Positions 35,241-48,613 of a stretch of 64,000 nucleotides of DNA are shown here, piece by piece. Location: positions 604,774 through 668,773 of the forward strand of contig CAVNZM010000001.1 of the NCBI GenBank assembly GCA_963693365.1, in the 5' to 3' direction. The notes under the pieces were generated by a model that was given only the letters and a program-made list of their open reading frames with translations, was not told the origin of the DNA and ran no database searches. This DNA is from Amoebidium appalachense. Lineage: Eukaryota; Protista; Ichthyosporea. A program made the translations under genes and the position numbers. Every line of letters begins with the position of its first letter. Position 1 is the first letter of the stretch.

Positions 35241-36038
35241 CTCAGACAGGTGTCTCTAGCAGTAAATACTGTGTAAACCATTGTCATCAGCCATTTACGG
35301 TCTCAAACCCCAAGGTTGAAATAATAAATATTCACAATCTTATCATAATCAAGGCTGCTTCAGGCCCCAGCGCAGATCGAGCTAAGACCTACAATGACTG
35401 TATGTCCAAGCAATACCTTCCTATTTTGACAATGAACTTTGCGCCGGACGACCCTATAATCTTATGTATACCAATATTATGCGTTTTTTTGATTACCAAC
35501 TTTTCCCCTAAACCCTTTTTTCTAATTAGAACTGGTTTTAGCTTCTTTCCAAAGGGCCGATCAGAGAATTTGGCCAAGCATATCTAAGGTGTATTCTAAA
35601 CTGTTTCCGTGCATTTGGGAGCTCAAAAATGCAACCGACCTCCACAATTTAAGAAAGTTTTGCTCTTCCCCATTTATTCTTTTGCATCAAGAATGCGACC
35701 TACCTCCACAATTTGAAGAAAGTTTTTGCTCTCCCCCATTTATGTTTTTGCATTTGCAGATAAAAGCCAATCACGTTACACAGTTAAGACAAAAAAAAAC
35801 TCCTGTAGCCGTTGAAAGTTAAACAAGTGTTATTGAGTAATTGTTCCTATAGCCAAAAGACAATTATCTTTTTTCGCTTTGCCGATATATATTATGGGCA
35901 ACATAACGTCTTCCGTCTCTCAAAGTTGTCCTGGTATCTTCAATACATCCGATTGGGGGGGAATGCGCTGCTTATTAACGATGGGTAGGTGAGCTGTGGT
36001 GAGTTGTTGGCACCAACGCCAACGGCAGTTCTAGATAC

Positions 36039-38189
36039 TGTTGTAGTACCTAGTACCTACATCAGGTAAGATCTTCTCAGTTTTTGTTATGTTTCAGTTT
36101 GTGTGCTTAGTACATATGTCACACTCCCACTATGAAAAATGTCCCATTGATCTCCAATGTATCTGTACACATAGTAATCGTAATAGATCAATTTCTAATC
36201 GTGTATTTTATCACTGGTTAGTATGTTGATATGTGTGTACCCGTTTCCACCCACTCAGGGAGAAACGTGTACATGTTTATGTGTACATGAATATCTTCGA
36301 TTACAACTGTGTTTTCGTGTTCGTGTTTTCTGTCCTGCTTTTTTTTCTCTTTCCTCCTCCTTCTTCTTTCTTTTCTCTTTCTTTTCTCCCTTGTTTTCTT
36401 TCACATAATTATATTTCTTTTTCACTAATATACGTTGAGTAGATTTATATTACTCGTTATGTTTTGATTGGTAGAAAAACACTTAGGCTACACTTTAGCC
36501 TGTCATGTATGATTCATAGCTTAGTCAACCACTTTAGCTTTGTGTGTTGCCGTACTATATCCAATCAGTAGACTTAGTCAGAAAATGTCTGAGTCTTTGT
36601 AGCCGGTGATGGTTAGAAACATCACCTCTTTCCTCGTTACCCACCTCATTACTTTCTTATAGCTGTGACCTATGGTGTGGGTTCCTGTGTCTCCGGATCT
36701 ATCCGGGAAATAATCAGTTAATTTTGATTGGTTACTTTAGACATAGATCTGATTTCCGACTGGTCGGAAATCATGTGGAAATCATGTATGGATTTGACTT
36801 AAGGGAATTTCAAGTATTTATGCGAGATCAAAATAAATTGAGTTCAGTCGTGTCTAAACATTGATGTCTGTTGTGTACACTGCTCCGATCGTTCCGTATT
36901 TTGTTGTTGTGTGTCTGTGGTGTTTTCACACTGCACCACTGTGTCTCTGCTTCCGTCCCAAATACTTATACAATTTTACAGGTTATGCAGCCCTTTTGCA
37001 CGCTCCCTACACACATCTAGACCCAGCGATCGTTTTTCAATCATGGATCCAAACAAAACTGGTGTGAACAAAATAACCATGTGGAAAGGTGAAGGGAAGA
37101 CTGGCCCCGATAGCAAAACCACCTATTTTCGATGGGAAATCATCTTTCTCGGAATGATGACCGGCACCAAAGGTGTCCGACTCGTGGACGTTGTTCTTGC
37201 TGACAACTACATCCCTCCTACCACCATCGCGGTCGACGGTGAGCTCCCCTTCTACGGCTACGGCACTGCTGCGGAACTCAAGGAGGCCCGCAATTGCCTC
37301 CTGCTCCATATGATTCAGAACATCGACCCTTCCGTGCTCACCACCGTCGCCCAGTACCGCATTGGCATGGACCCTGAACGGGCCATGTGGAAATTCCGTC
37401 AACACTACCTCCAAGACAAACGCGATCAGATCCGCATCCTTCACCGTCAGTCGGATGCCTGTGCCCTCCAGCCCGGTGAATCATTCACCACCTACCTGTG
37501 CCGTCTGCAGACCAAACCAGCTCAAGTCCCTCCAAGATGAGTCCATTCACTTCACTCGTCTGGCTGAGAAGTTCTTCAATGAACTCACCACCCGTGACGA
37601 CCTCACCCCTGAGTTTAACCGTCTCATCGAAGACTACCACTTCGGTGATAAGATATTCCCCGACTTTGAGCCCCTGCACAACCACATCAAGGGCATCGGG
37701 TTACGTCAAGACCTCAAGATGCAACTCCGGAACAACCGTGAACACCGTCCCTTCAAGTCCAGCATGGCATTGAATGCCAGTGCTCCCCCCCCGTGATCTT
37801 CCCCGCCGTGACTTACGCCACCATCTTGACCGTGCCTCCGGCACGGACCTCCGAACTCGTCTCTCCCGTCAGCACACCCGTTCCCGTTCCCCCCACCGGC
37901 TTGCCTTCCGGTCCACGTCCCGTTCCCCCAGTTGTTCCCGTTTCTCGGGTTCCCGGCGTTCTGATTCCCCGGCTCGTTCTGATAGAACCGATTGGTTCTC
38001 CCTCTTTAGTTGTGATAAGATGATAAGTCGCAAGTACAAAAGGAACCGAGAGCACAATAAAGAATCAGTTGTTGTTTGAATCTTTCAATGTCTCGTGAAC
38101 AACTCCGATTGCCCTCTCATTAATGTGTTAGTCGTGTTTTACATGACACCTCTGTGCACTCTGCTCCCTTAGACCCGTACAAAACAACA
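36039..38189 (+). mobile_element. Chimeric copia remnant: LTR family B (36039-36980), PBS, frameshifted gag, fused to the 3' end of an LTR family C (37977-38189)
   Basis: TGTTG..TTACA LTR, PBS GGTTATGCAGCCC, gag MDPNKTGVNKITMW..YFRWE with an Arg/Ser-rich tail. The last 213 bp match the reverse complement of 3226-3438. No TSD. Confidence 0.8.
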
Positions 38190-38439
38190 TGGTCCATGTT
38201 CCCAAAAACATCAGATTCGGTTTCCCTGAACATCAGTTCCCTCAACAGCTGAAGCCCGCGGCTCTAGCACCACTGTTTCCTTGCTTAGGCACCCGCCTTT
38301 ACTTAGGCATCCACCTCTACTTAGGCCCCTAGAGGGGCAGCTAGAACCCACCCATGGCTTCTCAGGACGCATCCTTGTCCCCGGACCCTCCTAGGACACC
38401 GCCTGGGAGCCGCAAACGTGATACACGGGAAGGAGAATC

Positions 38440-41400
38440 TGTAAAATTATATAAGTATTTGGGATGGAAGCAGAGACACAGCGGTGCAGTGTGAATACAT
38501 CAGAAACACACAACAACAAAACACGGAGCAGTGTACACAACAGACATCAATGTTTAGACACAACTGAACTCAATTTATTTTGATCTTCGAATAAATACCT
38601 GAAATTCCTTTAAGTCTAATCCATACATGATTTCCGACCAGTTGGAAATCAGATCTGTCTCTAATAGAAACCAATTACTAAGAACCAATTGCTTTCAGAG
38701 AGATCTGGTACGCGGAGACGTACACGATAGGACACAGACACTAGTTAAGATCAACTCGTGTCATCATCAAGGAAGTTCTAACCTATGACATACTGCAAAG
38801 ACTCAGACATGTCACACTTATCCTTGATGATTGGTTAAAGCCCGGCAACACATGAAAACTAAAGTCAATTGAAGTCTAATCACACATGTCAATCTAAGTG
38901 TAGCCTAAGTGTGTTACCGTCCAATCAACACATATTAAGTAACACAAATCTACCCAACATATATTAGTAGAAAAGAAATACGATTATACACATGAAGACA
39001 AAGAGAGAAAGAAAAGAAAATAAGGAAGGAGAAAGAGGAAGGAAAAGAGAGCACAGATCAACAAACAAGATAGCAATGTCATAACTATAACCAGAGATAT
39101 TTATGTACACACGAACATGTACACGTCTCCCCCTGAGTGGGTGGATCCGTGTACACACATGTAAATAATCTAATTGATATTACAATACACGATTAAAGCC
39201 GATACAAGACGATTACAAGTATACAAGCATATCGGAGATCGATGCTACACTTTACATAATAGGAGTGTGGCATTTACACTAAGCATATGAACTGAAACAT
39301 AACACAAACTGAGAAGATCTTACCATATGTAAATACTACGTATTACAACATCCCCACTTAAGACTTTGAAGTTTGTGTTATCATATCCCCACTAAACTAG
39401 TGAAATCTCCCCACTTGAGAACAGAAACGGAAAAAAAAATTTAAGTGTGTACTTTTCCGGGGGGGGGGGGGGGGGGGGGGGGGAAGGGGGCGGGGGAAAG
39501 GGGGGGGGGGGGGAAGGGGGGGGGGGGGGAAAGGGGGGTGGGGGGAGGGGGGGGGGGGGAACCGGGGCAAAAACAACGAAAATGTATAACGTTTATAGTC
39601 GGGGTGTGACTAACTGGGTTTGAAACCAGTGAAAGATAGAGTAGAATCGCGGTACAGGTCAAACCATATATAAAAACCCTAAGTGGGCATACCCACAAAG
39701 GCAATATACATATGAAATAATGATGGTGGTAAATTAATTAGTAATCATTCCAGCCGGGAGGCAGTGTTGATGCATCTGCTGTCCAGGGCCCCGGCCGTAG
39801 TAGAAAACCACACGTGAAGTAAGACGGTTCAATCTTCAATGTCCGGCACACAAAGTCGTGCACGATGGGTGACGTGACTCGGGCCAGGGAGGGGCTTGGT
39901 GAGGATGAAGGCCAAGTTGTGAGCTGACTCGACGTAGTGGACAACAACATCCCCACTGGCAATGTAGTCTTTGGTGTTATGGTACCGGACGGCAATGTGT
40001 TTGGTACGGTGCTTGATGCCGGTGGAGTTGACGATGGCAATGGTCGACTGGTTGTCACAGTACACCGGAGTCGGAGCAAGCATGGGGCAGACGAGTACCT
40101 TGAAGAGGTCACGGACCCAAGCAACCTCCTGGGTGCCGGCATTGAGAGCAATCAGCTCAGCTTCGGTGGTGCTGGTGGCCGTGATGGGCTGGAGCTTGGA
40201 GTACCAGATGATGGGCATACCAGCAAACTCGATGATGTAACCGGTGGTAGACTTCTTGCTGTCAGCACAACCAGCAAAGTCAGCATCCGTGTAGCACTCG
40301 AGGATGGGGGGCTTGGTGGCCGAGTACTTGTAGTCAATGCCAAGGTCAATGGTACCGAGCAGGTACCAGGCCACACGACGGAGAAGGTCCCAGTGAGTTA
40401 TGCCGGGGTTGGTGCTGAACCGACCAAAGAAGCCGATGGCATAGGCAATGTCGGGACGTGTGCACCGTGCCACCCAGAGAAGACGGCCGAGTAACTCACG
40501 GTAGGGCAAGGTGAACGGTTGGGGGGGGCAGTCAGCCAGGGAGACGGTGGTGCCTGCAGGGATGGGGGTAGACTTGGACTTGGCATCGGTGAGGTTGAAG
40601 TCGTGGATGATATCCATGATGTAACACCTCTGGTGCATGTGTAGGTGATGGGGATCGGAGTGATTAAAATCAACACCGAGCATACGGTCAAATGGACTCA
40701 TACGACAGCTGGCCATCTTGCTGATGTGGGCAGCCAGGTCACTGGCAGCAGTAGAACCCCGGGTGTTGGTGTCATCTTCACTTGATTCTCAGCAAGACTT
40801 AGAAGTTGAGTTTTGTATTTGTTTATTAGTTTGTTGTAGTTTGTTTCCTTTTCCATCTTCCTTTCCTTTCTGTTTCCGTGTACACCGATATCTTAGATCT
40901 GTATACGTATCGACATACTTAGATGGCGCACACGTATTGTCGTTTGTGTCAAATCTATATATGTCATCCAATTAAATCTCGCTTGTATTTTCCCAAATAT
41001 AGTAACTTACATTCCTTTCCCGTTCCTTTCTCACGACGTAGCATTGTGCTATGTTCTCCAACTATTAGGAATAATTATATTTAGACGTGTTATGATAAGA
41101 ACATGTATAAATGTATGTTGTGAACTAATAGTTACATAAGTGGTTTAATTTTGTTAAATGTTTCCGTGCTTTTATTAGAAGTTTCTTTCATTAGAGGATT
41201 GTATTCTATTATCTATGTGTCGACAGACATTTTGATCGATATATTTTACACTCATAGTTTTCGTCTTTCTGATTGGAAAATAGAGTTTTCGTTCTTTTGA
41301 TTGGTTTATCGTTTTCACATTCCCAAGTATAAAAGGGACTTCATCTTGGAATAAATATCAAGCAGTCGTATTCATTTCCTATGGTTCCAGAAATCGTTCC

Positions 41401-43572
41401 ACCTCTCGGGTTGTGTTTCTCCCGTGTGTCTCTGTGTTGTGTATAACATAACACCCATCTGTGCTCTCTGCTTCTCCGTTTACCCACACAAAACAACAGT
41501 TGGTGATGGTGGAGTCGTCGACGTAGTTACCAGCCCGGACCACATCGTTGTTGGGGAAGAACCGGAGGTAGATGCACGGGTCAGTCTTAGTACGGGTCAG
41601 GCCATGGGCAAGAAGAATACCGTCGAGGAAGTCGTACCAGGCCTTGGAGGCTTGCTTGAGGCCATACAGGGCTTTCTTGAGTCTCCAGACCTTGCCATGG
41701 TGGCCATGGTGATGGGTGGTTGTGTCATGTAGATGGTCTCGGTGAGTGGGCTGTTGAGAAAGGCCGTAGACACGTCGAGTTGATGGATATCATGACCTTC
41801 AACAACTGCCAGAGCTAGGATAGCACGGAGAGCAGCCGGACGGATGACAGGGCTCTCAATCAACTCATAGTCAACACCGTATTGCTGACTGAAGCCTTGA
41901 GCAACACCACGGGCCTTGATCTTGGTGTCACCAGCCGAGTTGAGAGTTTTCTCAGAGACAATCCACTTGAATCCGACGATGTTAGCACCAGGGGGAGGGT
42001 CAACGAGTTCAAAGATGTCTTTGTCGACGAAGGCTTGATACTCAGCAGTGAGGGCTGACTTGACCTGGTCACCATTGGGGCCGGAACACAGTTGACGGAC
42101 AAGTTTGGGTAGTTGGGCGAGGTTGATGGGAGGACCGGGGGGAACAGGCAGGGTGGTGGTGGCTTGAAGGCCAACCTTGCCTTGCAGACGGGCAGAACGA
42201 CGGGGTGCAGGAACCGGGCCCCCGGGGGGTGGAGACGGGGGGGGGGGAACTTGGAAGTTCGGAATTGCAGGGGGGGCAACCTCCGGGCTTGACGGGGCCG
42301 AGTGGAAGTTGTCGGGGGAGCCGGGTCGGATGGGGGTAACGTTGCCAGGGGCAGGATGAATGTCGGCAGGCTGGACGGGCACGGGAGCAGGGGGGCCGGT
42401 GGGGGGGGGGGGTGTCGGTGGAACGACAACGGCAGGAGGGGGGCCAGAGTACACCAGGCAAACGTCATCTTCAGTGTCAACGGTGGGGGGTGGGATGGTC
42501 GAGGTGGCAGTGGTGTCGGGGTTCGGGAGTGTTGATGGGATTTCGGACGGGAGATAAGCTGATTCGTCGAAAATCACATCACGGAAGAGACCGACACGAT
42601 GGGTGGTGGAGTTGAAGATCCGGTGGCAGTGTGATTGAAGATCATAGCCACAAATATACATGCCGAGTTTGACGGTGGGGGCCAGCTTGTTCCGTTTAGA
42701 GGCTGGCACATGAGTGTAGGCAGGGCAACCAAACACTTTGAGCTCGGAGATGTCGGGCTTGACACCATAGAAAACTTCGAATGGAGTACGACCATTGGCA
42801 GCCGTGGACGGGGTTACGTTGACGATGTAGGCAGCATGTTGGAGGGCCTCAGCCCACAGTTTGGGGGACAGAGACTGATCTCGGACTTGATGGAGGAGGC
42901 AACGAACAATCTCTTGGAGGAACCGCATACGACGTTCAACATAGCCGTTCAGTTGAGGGCAGTCCACCGGAGCATAACTGGCCTTGATGCCCTGGGAGAG
43001 GCAAAAAGCACGGGTAGCCTGGGAGGTGAACTCAGAGCCGGAGTCGAAGTGGTAGACACCAACTTTGGAGGGGGCATGGGTAGCAACGAGGTTGGTGTCG
43101 GAGCTGTGATAGTGTCCAGGGTGGTTGTACGGTCGGCCATCGGGTAGATCTTGACGAGTCCGGAGGCACGGCAGACAGTGACGAGAGCAACCTTGGAACC
43201 TCCGTACGATGTTGTGGTAGGCTCAAAAAAATCCCAATGCCATTCATGACCGGGGATGGTGGAGTGAGGACGGTCACCCTTGAACGGAGCCTCAAGTTGG
43301 TGGTTTTACCCATAATGCAGCCATGACAATCGGGAACATCACAGTCGAGGACAGACGAGGGGAGGCCAATAACAAGGTCGTGTTTCACCATGTCCTTGAT
43401 GCTGGTCATAGCACGGTGCCCCAGACGATGGTGCCAGATGGATGGGTTAACACTGGTAGTGGCAGCCAGAGCCACAGGACGAGTGGGTGGTTGAATGGTG
43501 TAGTCCTTGAAGTAATACAGACCGTTGTGTAGACGGAGGTTGACGCGGTGACGACCGGTGAGACGGTCGAAG
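38440..43572 (-). mobile_element. Ty1/copia element (3' LTR family B 38440-39350, PPT, RNase H, RT, integrase, GAG-pre-integrase), degenerate and 5'-interrupted
   Basis: WHHRLGH, PQLNGYVERR..WAEAL, KARGVAQGFSQQYGVDY..QLDVSTAFLN, YVDD near 41520, YTDADFAG..KSTTGY..TEAE..YCDNQS..KHIAVRYH. Domain order is INT-RT-RH. PPT AAGTGGGGA lies next to the LTR. Confidence 0.93.
40770..41498 (+). mobile_element. Solo LTR family A (729 bp) inserted in the copia RT
   Basis: TGT..ACA termini; 5-bp TSD GTTGG at 40765-40769 and 41499-41503. The RT frame is restored on removal. Confidence 0.93.
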
Positions 43573-46500
43573 TGTCATCTTCCCATGATTCTCAGCAAGA
43601 CTTAGAAGTTGAGTTTTGTATTTGTTTATTAGTTTGTTGTAGTTTGTTTCCTTTTCCTTCTTCCTTCCTTTCTTTCCTTTCTGTTTCCGTGTACACCGAT
43701 ATCTTAGATATGTGTACGTATCGACATACTTAGCTCGCGCACACGTATTGTCGTTTGTGTCAAAATCTATATATGTCATCCAATCAGATCTCGTTTGTAT
43801 TTTCCCAAATATAGTAACTTACATTCCTTTCTCATTCCTTGCTCACGACGTAGCATTGTGCTATGTTCTCCAACTATTAGGAATAATTATATTTAGACGT
43901 GTTATGATAAGAACATGTATAAATGTATGTTGTGAATTAATAGTTACATAAGTGGTTTCATTTTGTAAAATGTTTCCGTGCTTTTATTAGAAGTTTCTTT
44001 CATTAGAGGATTGCATTTTTGTTGTAATACGTAGTATTTACATATGGTAAGATCTTCTCAGTTTGTGTTATGTTTCAGTTCATATGCTTAGTGTAAATGC
44101 CACACTCCTATTATGTAAAGTGTAGCATCGATCTCCGATATGCTTGTATACTTGTAATCGTGTTGTATCGGCTTTAATCGTGTATTGTGATATCGATTAG
44201 AATATTTATTTGTGTGTACACGGATCCACCCACTCAGGGAGAGACGTGTACATGTTCGTGTGTACATAAATATCTCTGGTTATAGTTATGCTATTGCTAT
44301 CTTGTTTGTTGATCTGTGCTCTCTTTTCCTCCCTCTTTCTCCTTCCTTATTTTCTTTTCTTTCTCTCCTTGTCTTCATGTGCATAATCGTATTTCTTTTC
44401 TACTAATATATGTTAGGTAGATTTGTGTTACTTAATACGTGTTCATTGGACGGTAACACACTTAGGCTACACTTAGAATAGCATGTGTGTTTAGACTTCA
44501 TTAATTTACTTTAGTCTTCATGTGTTGCCGGGCTTTAACCAATCATCAAGGTTAAGTGTGATATGTCTGAGTCTTTGCAGTATGTCATAGGTTAGAACTT
44601 CCTTGATGATGACACGAGTTGATCTTAACTAGTGTCTGTGTCCTATCGTGTATGTCTCCGCGTACCGGATCTCTCTGAAAGCAATTGGTTCTTAGTGATT
44701 GGTTTCTATTAGAGATAGATCTGATTTCCGACTGGTCGGAAATCATGTATGGATTGGACTTAGAGGAATTTCAGGTATTTATTTGAAGATCAGAATAAAT
44801 TCAGTTCAGTCGTGTCTAAACAATGATGTCTGTTGTGTACACTGCTCCGATCGTTCCGTGTTTTGTTGTTGTGTGTGTCTGTGGTGTTTTGACACTGCAC
44901 CACTGTGTCTCTGCTTTCATCCCAAATACTTATATAATTTAATAGGTTATGGGCCCAGATGCACGCTCCCTACACACACCTAGACCTAGCGATCGTTAAA
45001 TTCCTGGTACACATCATAGCTGTGGTCAGCTCCTCATGCATCTTGGTGCTGAGGCTGTGTACATCCATCCCCGGCGTCCGTCCGTAACCGGTCCCACGTG
45101 ACTCCCCTTGACAAGATCTGACTCATCTTGACAAGAGCTTTTGTCACGCCTTGACACCCGTGACATCCTCGCAAGTTCAAATTCCAGCTTGCACTCCTTC
45201 CAGCTCCGTCCTGGTTTCTCTCCGTCACGCCAAACCGTCCTCCACCCTTGGTTCTGCAATCGCGCTCCAAGTTCCTTGACACTTCACCGACGTGGTCTCA
45301 ACCGCGCCGCCCTGTCTACCCAGGCCTGAGGATCCTGCATCGAAATCCCATTCCATCCGATTTCGAACCCGTCAACCCGCATTCGAATATAATTTCACAC
45401 CCCGTCTGCGTTCCAATCGACGATAATTTGACACCCCGTCTCGATCCGACTTGACCATCATCCATCAAGTCCATCTGAAGTATCCAAATTCGGTACTTCT
45501 TTCCAGTCTACCGTGTTCCACCCCGTCCAAGCCCTTTGTGCTTCCCTCCTCCCTAGGAGTCCCGACCCTGAGTCCCTCCAGAACCGTTTACCGTGTCCAA
45601 CCTGCTTCCTTCCAGGATTTCCAACCCTGTTTTCGGCCATGTCTGCCCTTACCGTGCCGTCACTGTCAATGGCCCCCTCACATTCCATTGATCTGCCCTG
45701 CATTCCGGTAGCAGTTTCCCCCCATCACGTGGCCAACCTCGTCGAGATCCCAGCTATCACCAGCTCTGCACGGGCAACAGTTACCCCTGCAGCTGTTTCC
45801 CCCCCATTACCACCCGACCCCGGCCAGCAAGACATGCGGCCAGGTCCAGTCGTTCCCATCCACGTTTCCAGCCAGCTTGCTGTGCTGCCTTCCCCCGTTT
45901 CCAAAGCCCCTGCATCCGACCCAGTTAACCTCCTCCGTCCGGAATTACCTGCACTTGACCCTGCCTCCGTCGTGCCTCATCCCAACCCAAATTCCGTGAA
46001 GACCTACCCCCCCTCCCTGTTCGGGCTTTCCCAGTCACCCCGAGCAGCAAGCACCCTCGACGCCCCCCTCAGCGAATTCCAAACTACGACAAGTCTACTC
46101 CTCCTTGGTCATCAATCACTCCACCGGTCGCCCCACCACGTGTGGCTACCCTCGACACACCGCATCCAAATGCCGTGACCCCCGTTGTCCTGTCTACCGT
46201 TTGCGTCCTCGATACCCCCCATCCCCTATCCTCCTCCCCCCCAGCCTGAGTGGGGATGTTGTCGTCAACTACGTCGAGTCTGCCAACAACTTGGCTGACA
46301 TCCTTACCAAGTCACTGCCGGGTCCCAGCCATGTCACTCACCGTGATCGACTCTGTGTGCCCGACCTTGTGCAGTGATCATCGTGTGGTCTTCTACTACA
46401 CCTGGGGCCCTGGACAGCAGCTTCCTCTACACTGCTTCCCAGTTGGAACGTCTACTACTACGATTCTGTATATGTATTTTTTTTTTTTGCCTTAAGTGGG

Positions 46501-48613
46501 GTTTGCCCACTTTAAGGGTTCATCGATTAGCACAACACATATACACCTGAGGCTAGCCACCTTTGCGAATACTGGCCGACTCCCAGTCCCACTGAGTCAC
46601 AACACATAGGTTAATGTGTCTGTGGTGTTTTCACACTGCACCACTGTGTCTCTGCTTTCATCCCAAATAATTATATCATTCAACAATTTTATATTCTATG
46701 TGTCGACAGACATTTCGATCGATATATTTTACACTCATAGTTTTCGTCCTTTTGATTGGAAAATAGAGTTTTCGTTCTTTAGATTGGTTTATCGTTTTCA
46801 CATTCCCAAGTATAAAAGGGACTTAATCTTGGAATAAATATCAAGCAGTCGTATTCATTTCCCATGGTTCCAGAAATCGTTCCACCTTTCTGGTTGTGTT
46901 TCTCCCGTGTGTCTCTGTGTTGTGTATAACATAACACCCATCTGTGCTCTCTGCTTCTCCGTTTACCCACACAAAACAACAGGTTTACGGCCCCTTTGCA
47001 CGCTAACACACAATCTCGTTACAACCGCGAAATTCCTCAGTCTTACTGCTTCAATCATGACTGACAAACCGTCGTATATCAACCTTCCAATATGGAATCC
47101 GTCCGAGAAAAAAAGACGAGAAATGTCTTAATTATTTCGAGTGGGAGCCACTCATTCACCGGTTCATTAGAACAACCATTGCCGAGAAATTCGTTGACGC
47201 TATCAAGAGGCCACAGTGGGTTGACGGCACCGACGCCAACCAGACTGGGCTAGGCTACGTCCCCAAGGACTCCTACAAGAAAGCTTCCGACGTCCTCGAC
47301 CAGATCCTCAACCAGTCCGTCCACCCGACCGAGCTCTACGACTCCGGCCGGATGCAAGACGGTGTCCACGGTGGAGAAGTCTTCCACAACCTACGTATGG
47401 CGTATGTAGCAGAGAAGGAGGCCCGAGTCACCCAGATTCAAGTCACCTTCGAGGAGCTTGAACTACGAGACTACCCCAACGTCACAGCATACCTCACCCG
47501 TCTCCAACGTCTGGCTACGACACTTGCCTGCCTTGACGAGCCCGTCCAGCACAAGGATGTCGTACGTAAGTTCTTCCTTCAACTCCGGAAGAACACGGCC
47601 CCGGTTTGCTCCGACATTGAACGTCTCTGCTCCGACTACAGTAACTGGATGAACAACAAGGCCTACCCGTCCTTCAACCAGCTCATCAGTGACATCCGAG
47701 GAGCTGAAATCCGTGCCGGCCTCATCGACGCAGGCACTGGTGCAACCGTCAACAACCGTCCCCTCCGTGCACTTCAGAGCAGAGTGCTTCCCCCCGGTGA
47801 CCTCCGTAACCGTATACCTCGACGTGAGCATACACCTCACCGTTCCCCGTCCCGTTCCCGTGATCCTCGTTCGTCCTCCAAGTCACCCGGCCCCCGTTCA
47901 ACTTCCCCTTACCACCGTGGTAACAGGGACAATCGTAACAGACAGCACAACACCAAGAAGGTGGAGTGTTCCTACTGCCATGAGCCCCACCACATCACAG
48001 CATGCCCGGAGCCTGGCTGTGCTGTTGCTCGTCGTGCCAAGCAGGAGAAAGGCAACAAGAGTGTGCAATTTGCACTAATCTCCTCCACCGGCACACCTGA
48101 CCGTGACGACCCCGTCTGGGACAGTGCTTGTAATGCACACATCTGCCCCATCAAGGAGTATTTCTCCTCCCTTACCCCGTGTCCCCCCACCCCCATTCAC
48201 GGCCTTGGCACCATCAATGCCACACACCGTGGCATCATCAACCTGACACTGCACTACAGCGGCCACTCAACCCCGTGCAGCATCAATGCTCTCTACGTAC
48301 CCGAGTCACCGTCCTTCCTCGTGTCTGCCTCCATGGCCTCAACTGCCGGCCTCCTGGGTCATTGTGACGATGCAGACACCCACCCGTCGTTCCTCTACAG
48401 CCGTAATGGTGACATCATTTCCGATCTCACCCCCCTCAACGGCCTCTACTACATCACTGACTATGTGATTGACACTCCACAACATCCGTGGGTCCAAGCC
48501 TACACAGCAAGGACTCAACCAACCGACGACCTCACCCTTTGGCACAACCGTCTCGGCCACCGTGCCCTCTCCACCGTCACCAGGATGGCCAAGGATGAGC
48601 TTGTCATCGGCAT
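43573..48613 (+). mobile_element. Ty1/copia family A element, 5' part: split 5' LTR (43573-44019 + 46691-46981), PBS, gag-zinc knuckle-protease-GAG-pre-integrase
   Basis: PBS GGTTTACGGCCC at 46982. Gag runs from 47057 (frameshift near 47130) into ORF 47352-48653 with CSYCHEPHHITAC, VWDSACNAH, NGLYY, LWHNRLGH. Confidence 0.9.
44020..46685 (+). mobile_element. Internally deleted family-B LTR element nested in the family-A LTR
   Basis: 5' LTR 44020-44944, PBS GGTTATGGGCCC, RNase H tail (YVESANNLADILTKSLPG, 46250-46377), 3' LTR stub 46615-46685. TSD ATTTT at 44015-44019 and 46686-46690. Confidence 0.85.

Noticed and set aside
39937-43147. Plus-strand ORFs such as 39937-40494 and 42635-43147
   Set aside because: They are antisense shadows of the GC3-rich copia pol frame.
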